From positions 930,001 to 994,000 of the forward strand of contig CM035355.1 in the NCBI GenBank assembly GCA_020137815.1: a stretch of 64,000 bases of DNA. Direction: 5' to 3'. Origin of the DNA: Hormiphora californensis. Taxonomy: Eukaryota > Animalia > Ctenophora. A program made the translations under genes and the position numbers. Positions 61,442 to 64,000 of this stretch are shown one piece after another; the first letter of the stretch is position 1; every line of letters begins with the position of its first letter. The notes below the pieces were generated by a model. The model was not told the origin of the DNA. It was given only the letters and a program-made list of their open reading frames with translations, and searched no databases.

Positions 61442-64000
61442 GAGAGAGTGTGAGAGAGATAGAGAGAAAGAGAGATGAGCGTTGCACCTCCACGCATCAT
61501 GATCATGGTGATAATGCCACCTGTATAGGCCCTCTGGTTTTCCATTATTTTCCCTCATCTCAACCTCTTCTCTCTCTTTTCCTCTTTATTCTAACCTCTT
61601 CTCTCTAAATTCCCCTCGTTTATATCTATTAATTTGTTAACAGTCCTCTCTTTCTATATCTCCAGTCCTAACTCCCCAAATATAAGAAATCAACTTAGAT
61701 CCTGTCGTTTTCAAGTAAAACAAAGTACCATACGCAAAAATTCCATAGGATTATCTCACAATGCATTTTAGTTCACTCGGATTTAAGTGCATTTTATTCT
61801 AAATCTAATAAAATCCGTGGCATATTCCCCTATCTCACAAAGTGCCACACACAGAGTTAGCTATCAGACTCATTTTAAAGGACAGTTTAGATGATCTGAT
61901 CGGTTTCCTACTCATTTATTGCATTGCTTTGGTAATGATTGTAGTAATGATGTCATCTAAGAGAAGTTTTTACAACATATCTAGGCAGAGAATGTTAATA
62001 AAATGGATCAATATGTCATATCTTTCTATATCTAAGAGCAGACAATAGAACGAGATGAGAGAAGAAAGAGAGAGCGAGAGAAGAGCGAGAGCCCGAGATA
62101 TACTCTATCTATATGATAGCTCTAATATTATCTATACTGAGATGCCTCTATATCTCTCCACTCTCTCTCTTCTATCGCTCTATATAGCTCTATCTCTCTC
62201 ATCTCTCTCTCTCGTCTCTCTTCTCGCTCCTATCTCTATATATACTATTCGACAGAGATCAATCTAATCTAACAATTGAAAGCCGATAAAAGATAAAAAA
62301 TGAGCATTACAAGCAGTATTGCGAAAATTTGTTTCGACTGATGACAAAATTCATTTTTCTGCCAAGTTGCATGACAGCAAGTACTCCAGACTGGTAAAAA
62401 GAATGCATATAATGAGAACAGATTATATGACAACAAATGAATACCAACTTAATAGTGTAGCATATTATGTAGCATATATTACTGTTGGTAAAGACACTGG
62501 ACGAGATACTATTGTTGTTCCTTAATTGACACATTCCCCTAACCATATCCCTCTCCCCCAGTTCGAGTGTGTCAGTGACACTGTCAGGGGTAACAATAAA
62601 AGTGGATGGGTACAGTGACAAGATGTATACCTACTTTGCTGCTTTCATGAAGGAGTTATTGGGGGAGGGTACTGCACAGAATACTGTTAACGATAATTGG
62701 GCCGCTATACAGGTGAGATGATTCTGTTATTCACAAAGGATTGTGTAGTCCAGGACACAAACTATAGATATCATATATAACATTCTCTTTCTATTATTTG
62801 GCCTTGTTCGGGCTTGGAAACACAATATACTACAATAGGCCCTATAGAAATTACGCCCTATAGGAATTATTACTTTGATGGTAGGTAGAGAGTTGAAACA
62901 AAAGGCGTGACAATACAAAGTCAGACAAGTTACATGTCAGAGTAGCGGCGATTCTGTCGACGTCTCTCGGGAGGGAGAGAGAGCGGGAGGGAGCGATGAG
63001 TAGGTAGGTAGAGGAGAGAGCTGCGCGATAGTAGCGAGAGAGGAGAGGAGAGAGAGAGATAGTGGAGAGAGAGATAGAAGAGGAGAGAGGAGAAGAGACT
63101 ATGAAGAGGGGATGGGAGATAAGAGGATATAGCTCGCAGAGGCGATAGCTATAGCATATCTCCTGCTTATCTTTCTTCTCTATTCTTCTCTCTCTCTAGC
63201 TTCTCTATCGCTCTCTATAAGCTTCCGAGCAGAATTGTGGTTCAAGGGGCGGCATCACTGAAAGGTAGCAAACTGAACTACCGGTGCTCCAACCCCTCTA
63301 CTACTGAACTATTCAGTAAGAGTTTGCCTTGGTGCAATCACTTGATTGGAGGCAAATAGATATAGAGAGAGGGTGAGGCTGGCCACTGAACACTTGGTAG
63401 AGATAGAGGGAGAGAGTGATAGATGGAAAGAGAGTGGGAGTGAAAGTGGGAGAGGGAGAGAGACTAGAGAGAGAAAGACAGTAAGATGGGACGGTTGAGA
63501 AAAGAGTGACTCCTGAGTTCTAAGCATTTTTGATTAAACTTGAATCAACCGTCGATTAAAGGGTAAGAAAGACTTTGGCTTTAAAATACAATGTTTTACT
63601 ACAATTTGGTGATGCCATTCCCTATTATTTCATAACTCCGCCCGCTTCGTTTGCCACGCTTCGCACGGCAGACGGCTGGTAGCGGAGGGGTGACTGCGTC
63701 ACCAGGACCACAATAACAAGAAAGCAATCACACAAATAAATAATGTTGCATAGAAGAGAGAAATACACGTACAAGTTTATGAAGAAAAAAAATCTAATCG
63801 CGATTAAATATCTTCTTTTTAAAAAACTTGCAAGTCTTTCTCTCTTCCTTATCATTAAATCTCCCTAACTGTCAGGCTAAACTTGTTCGTGAGTTACGTA
63901 TGGGAACATTGAAACCTAAAAACCTGGCTACAGAACTGCGGTTGCGGGTACTAAGAGATAATTACCAAAGCAGTGAGGAACTGGCCAGGAAAGTGGAGGA
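26402..64000 (+). CDS. NRDC: Nardilysin-like M16A metallopeptidase, multi-exon host gene running off the window
   Basis: Exons: 26402-26817 (LKNGLRCLLVSD, AACLSVGVGS), 27025-27149 (GLAHFLEHM), 27246-27353, ~27540-27677 (VNAVDSEF), ~27756-27973, ~28810-28984 (LGHEGPGSLLSKLK) and 47455-47608 (IVLTDAG..FQYIAMM). Further exons: 47871-47970, 48576-48708, 48878-49013, 49114-~49256 (KLWYYVDDVFEKP), a garbled exon at ~60822-60907, 62562-62712 (IKVDGYSDKM) and 63876-end (LKPKNLATELRL). The order is collinear with NRDC/IDE. Confidence 0.88.
28014..28763. repeat. Two identical 265-bp direct repeats separated by 220 bp (intronic)
   Basis: 28014-28278 and 28499-28763 appear identical. This is either a local duplication or a TRIM-like structure. 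Confidence 0.85.
29374..30978 (+). CDS. BTB/POZ-domain protein, copy B1 (intronless ORF nested in NRDC intron)
   Basis: N-terminal BTB fold pattern NDLQLMCSGGEVVRTSSFPLAINSPVM...ELDVEEFSEPSVNCFVYACYSG...NFREVNKMCAVFKVQWMIDSCLKF, then a helical BACK-like region and an unrecognised beta-rich C-terminal domain. Confidence 0.88.
   Translation: MEIPNCTVPMNFGSQYREFPGLNDLQLMCSGGEVVRTSSFPLAINSPVMCDLVGTQGMKELDVEEFSEPSVNCFVYACYSGYLTLLKKQNFREVNKMCAVFKVQWMIDSCLKFFTGLCSELTEESFETAWYLFEEAAYILKERNSRELEKLLKNRLEELPTLRLALINEFLSRDPNEQEFMYTKLCLSLAGKSTPVLHSWLITLIENKTPPVELSGVEKQFLKSQTLTICSQEDPEVYKKLVNTLQSLLGNEDLGALFATFLQVQMMPVVPSPSSSSQYKPDQIVYPIEIPALGGCTSFLDAVKVLDGETRINSCSQFVISLSYCCDMFDDTSSQDVVDAITAALEKRRNNTTLGLFGVSLLTELGYFRNFTGVSGVVEQYMREKEDSAVGLYVDALYDVPLKFPLQHSRTVFLDLHDDGPSYCNENPKGSKKRCKLAVEFSLTLSTDQSWPIITTKLVTDQTILESRTDSHFHQDPELLQYLWIDDFGDHGIFSFTVCSDINTPTTTLRRFYEHCNEHNMVYIDIGLPCVELG
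31449..32345. mobile_element. ~900-bp fold-back TIR element (TA-targeted, Tc1/mariner-like MITE) in the B1-innexin spacer
   Basis: The arms cacgtgttgggcaaaa...tcccccctagac...gtggggaagaatcacgta and their reverse complement form a long inverted repeat. The element is absent from the equivalent catcgatatacatag site in other units. Confidence 0.85.
32371..33592 (-). pseudogene. Innexin copy I1, 5'-truncated, homopolymer-corrupted sequence
   Basis: Collinear with 40439-41623 (remnants such as PSEKDVPP, CDGVSKF and KTVGGGE), but full of homopolymer indels. Confidence 0.75.
34110..35845 (+). other. BTB-domain copy B2, homopolymer-corrupted (probably sequencing error rather than true pseudogene)
   Basis: Starts atggaaattccgaatt. 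Remnants FVYACYSG, GNEDL, IEIPA..FNSFLDA and QSWPII are collinear with B1/B3/B4. Confidence 0.75.
36362..37568 (-). pseudogene. Innexin copy I2, 5'-truncated; 3' half lies in corrupted sequence
   Basis: The clean ORF 37568-36920 is nearly identical to I4 aa 43-257. Sequence below ~36920 is homopolymer-corrupted. Confidence 0.75.
38150..38272. repeat. 19-bp tandem repeat (cacgacattatttctggga x ~6) within a unit-specific insertion upstream of B3
   Basis: Directly visible, and absent upstream of B1 and B4. Confidence 0.85.
38332..39936 (+). CDS. BTB/POZ-domain protein, copy B3
   Basis: 534-aa intact paralog of B1. Confidence 0.88.
   Translation: MEIPNCTVPMNFGSQYREFPGLNDLQLMCSGGEVVRTSSFPLAINSPVMCNLVGTQGMKELDLEEFSEPSVNCFVYACYSGYLTLLKKQNFREVNKMCAVFKVQWMIDSCLKFFTGLCSDLTEESFETAWYLFEEAAYILKDRNSRELEEPLKNRLEELPTLRLALINEFLSRDPNKQEFMYTKLCLSLAGKSTPVLHSWLITLIENKTPPVELSGVEKQFLKSQTLTICSQEDPEVYKKLVITLQSSLCNEDLGALFATFLQVQMMPVVPSPSSSSHYKPDQIMNPIEIPALGGCNSFLDAVKVLDGETRINSCFQFVISLYYCCEMFGDTSSQDVADAITAALDKRRNNTTRGLFGVSLLTELGYFGNFTGVSGVVEQYMREKEDSVVEWYWDYVYDSPLEFPLQHSENVFLGLHYGPTSYCNENPKGSKKRCKLAVEVSMSLTNDKSWPIITTKLVTDQTILESQTHSHFHQDPELLQYIIIDDYGGPGILPLMVCSDMNTPTTTLRRFYEHCNKHYMMFIVIGLPRVKLG
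40439..41623 (-). CDS. Innexin copy I3, open reading frame intact but lacking the first ~42 aa (N-terminal helix and most of TM1)
   Basis: Differs from I4 from CMVV onward at three residues. Homology stops abruptly at catacac|acgtg, and the first in-frame ATG lies at the end of TM1. Function is uncertain. Confidence 0.6.
   Translation of the reverse strand: MCMMVSLKQYGGETITCDGVSKFGQQFVEDYCWSIGMYTVREAYDLPTPMLPYPGIVPDQLPACVPRLLTDGTRLECLSEKDVLPPEKIFHLWYQWVQFYFAIVAAAYYTPYLLFKHFAAGEYKPLIRQLCKTTLSDGQAAEKTQEKVVSWLYYRFKHHIFGKGLKFWFKRNSFSLAIGCTKLFYLGITVAVFYLTGEMFEYGSETWYNYGADWFGVRFTLYEENLVNHTTLNKDKLFPKMVACEVQRFGLSGLETETAMCVLTPNVLYQYLFLITWFILILAFFSNLCSCFLHLSEMFFWRGTYERMLDDCMMPNRPRYQYVFRSIGAGGRELIQVLMSNTNPVIFTRIFDELTYRLVTKATMDVEVVKNQFALDHDSTVDDNTGVIQADKLV
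42103..43746 (+). CDS. BTB/POZ-domain protein, copy B4
   Basis: 547-aa intact paralog with in-frame insertions in the variable patches. Confidence 0.88.
   Translation: MEIPNCTVPMNFGSQYREFPGLNDLQLMCSGGEVVRTSSFPLAINSPVMCDLVGTQGMKELDLEEFSEPSVNCFVYACYSGHLTLLKKQNFREVNKMCAVFKVQWMIDSCLKFFTGLCSDLTEESFETAWYLFEEAAYILKERNSRELEEPLKNRLEELPTLRLALINEFLSRDPNKQEFMYTKLCLSLAGKSTPVLHSWLVTLIEIKTPPVELSGVEKQFLKSQTLTICSQEDPEVYKKLVSTLQSSLGNEDLGALFATFLQVQMMPVVPSPSSSSQYKPDQIVYPIEIPALGECTSFLDAVKILDGETRINSCFQFVMSLLDYCCDMFGDTFSQDVADAITAALEKRRNNTTRGLFGVSLFTKPRYLGNFPEVRGVVEQYMREKEDSAVINILYGDAVFYNWNVVYDGGPFKFPFQHSSNMFLDLHCGTSYCNENPKGSKKRCKLAVEFSMSLTNDQSWPIITTKLVTDQTILESQTDSHFHQDPELLQYIWIVGNGAGPGFFPFMAMVCSDMKTPNTELRRFYEHCNEHNEMFIDIMLPRVELG
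43866..44050. mobile_element. Penelope-like/retrozyme remnant: perfect 124-bp palindrome plus tail
   Basis: 62-bp perfect arms (43866-43927 / 43928-43989) containing a hammerhead core. The flanking gatgtatggta is duplicated. The insert is absent from the other units' spacers. Confidence 0.7.
43927..43965 (+). ncRNA. Minimal type I hammerhead ribozyme motif (mirror copy on minus strand 43890-43928)
   Basis: TACA-CTGATGA-GATC(GCAA)GATC-GAA-AC(ATTT)GT-T-TGTA: stem I taca/tgta, CUGAUGA core, stem II with GNRA loop, GAAA, 2-bp stem III and a GUU cleavage triplet. Confidence 0.7.
44310..44617 (+). mobile_element. Non-autonomous Helitron, copy 1
   Basis: 5' TC (tctctattataa), 3' CTAG, subterminal GC hairpins (acccggcgaagccgggt; gcgcacccaatgggtgcgc), A|T insertion context, no TSD. 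Confidence 0.85.
44620..45315 (+). mobile_element. Non-autonomous Helitron, copy 2 (head-to-tail with copy 1)
   Basis: Same termini and hairpins as copy 1, with a different, longer interior. Confidence 0.85.
45475..46782 (-). CDS. Innexin (full-length copy I4), intronless CDS nested antisense in NRDC intron
   Basis: DDAWDQVNR, KQYGGETITC, EDYCWSIG, WYQWVQF..YYTPY, FPKMVACEV and AMCVLTPNVLYQYLFLITWF. Four TM segments. Confidence 0.96.
   Translation of the reverse strand: MTIHPFWIVHSLRQYSPFKDVTVDDAWDQVNRCYVFIIILTMCMVVSLKQYGGETITCDGVSKFGQQFVEDYCWSIGMYTVREAYDLPTPMLPYPGIVPDQLPACVPRLLTDGTRLECPSEKDVLPPEKIFHLWYQWVQFYFAIVAAAYYTPYLLFKHFAAGEYKPLIRQLCKTTLSDGQAAEKTQEKVVSWLYYRFKHHIFGKGLKFWFKRNSFSLAIGCTKLFYLGITVAVFYLTGEMFEYGSETWYNYGADWFGVRFTLYEENLVNHTTLNKDKLFPKMVACEVQRFGLSGLETETAMCVLTPNVLYQYLFLITWFILILAFFSNLCSCFLHLSEMFFWRGTYERMLDDCMMPNRPRYQYVFRSIGAGGRELIQVLMSNTNPVIFTRIFDELTYRLVTKATMDVEVVKNQFAMDHDSTVDDNTGVIQADKLV
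46753..47040 (-). repeat. 4 x 72-bp tandem repeat comprising innexin splice acceptor, start codon and first 10 codons
   Basis: Units start at 46753, 46825, 46897 and 46969. The minus strand reads ...tttctag|ctgaat ATG ACA ATC CAC CCA TTC TGG ATA GTC CAC. Confidence 0.93.
47971..48066 (+). repeat. 23-bp tandem repeat starting at an NRDC splice donor
   Basis: gtatgtgtagcatgtgttatcct x4, immediately after exon 47871-47970. Confidence 0.85.
48236..48580 (+). repeat. C-rich ~24-27-bp minisatellite ending at an NRDC splice acceptor
   Basis: Repeats of cccctccccccatatcccag(c/t)tgtcta. The last unit supplies the real cccag|ctgtac acceptor. Confidence 0.85.
49874..53391 (-). CDS. LDLa-repeat class A GPCR (GRL101/RXFP-like 7TM), nested antisense; several frameshifts
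   Basis: LDLa repeats (CDNISQCSGGEDE, CDGRYNCEDHMDE, FQCSNSLCVTWDKVCNLENDCGDSSDE, CDGKIDCARFEDE). TMs read GAILANSVV, GDLMMGIYL, SQLSLFAMTAISLFRL, FYGNEGGCMFRYFV, LNFCCFVVI, IATDFCCWIPF and PINSMVNPLL, across frames. Start and stop are approximate. Confidence 0.85.
54997..57313 (-). CDS. Class A (rhodopsin-like) orphan GPCR, 5 exons, nested antisense
   Basis: Exons ~57313-57121, 56972-56825, 56079-55971, 55823-55663 and 55566-54997. Motifs are TGNSFVL, QNLCVADL, FNKLIRCLCP, IIP, AQLPY and INPYIYFLTNKGFRKF. Confidence 0.9.
56060..56330 (-). repeat. ~37-bp tandem repeat spanning a GPCR splice acceptor, interrupted by a hairpin-rich insert
   Basis: ttagaaaggggcacaggcacctgggagaaggggtgat units; the minus strand reads ttctcccag|gtgcctgtgcccc. 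The insert at ~56165-56250 carries cttcg hairpins. Confidence 0.8.

Noticed and set aside
57900-63300. Genes in the AG/CT-rich region
   Set aside because: Low-complexity, apparently error-rich sequence. Only the NRDC exons (~60822-60907 garbled, 62562-62712) are supportable.
63222-63315. Possible additional NRDC exon (RIVVQGAAS...)
   Set aside because: Exons 62562-62712 and 63876+ already join collinearly with NRDC. This segment lies in noisy sequence without clear splice sites.

Overview
Gene-dense, intron-containing animal DNA, probably from a ctenophore. That taxon call is my inference from the innexin type, the LDLa-GPCR and 'AIKMDKLS' class-A GPCR styles, and the nested genes. The left part (1-26.3 kb) holds the 3' end of a STIL/Ana2-like gene, an ARF GTPase and an intronless membrane-anchored kinase lying head-to-head with an intronless, divergent anoctamin. 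It also holds a 3.8-kb 22-bp satellite, a compact MED26, a multi-exon plant-type-LRR / Cys-rich / multi-TM receptor-like gene, and BBIP1. From ~26.4 kb to beyond the window end runs a nardilysin-like M16A peptidase gene whose introns host other genes. One 18.5-kb intron (28985-47454) contains a four-unit tandem array of convergent cassettes, each a sense BTB-domain gene plus an antisense innexin. The BTB copies are near-identical N-terminally but hypervariable in discrete C-terminal patches. The innexin copies differ almost only synonymously, although three are 5'-truncated. Each readable BTB ORF is preceded by a splice acceptor in frame with the host donor. A later intron holds two antisense GPCRs. 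Other elements are MITEs, tandem Helitrons, a hammerhead-bearing perfect palindrome and several minisatellites built from splice junctions. About 32.1-36.9 kb and parts of 58-63.3 kb look like low-quality consensus sequence.
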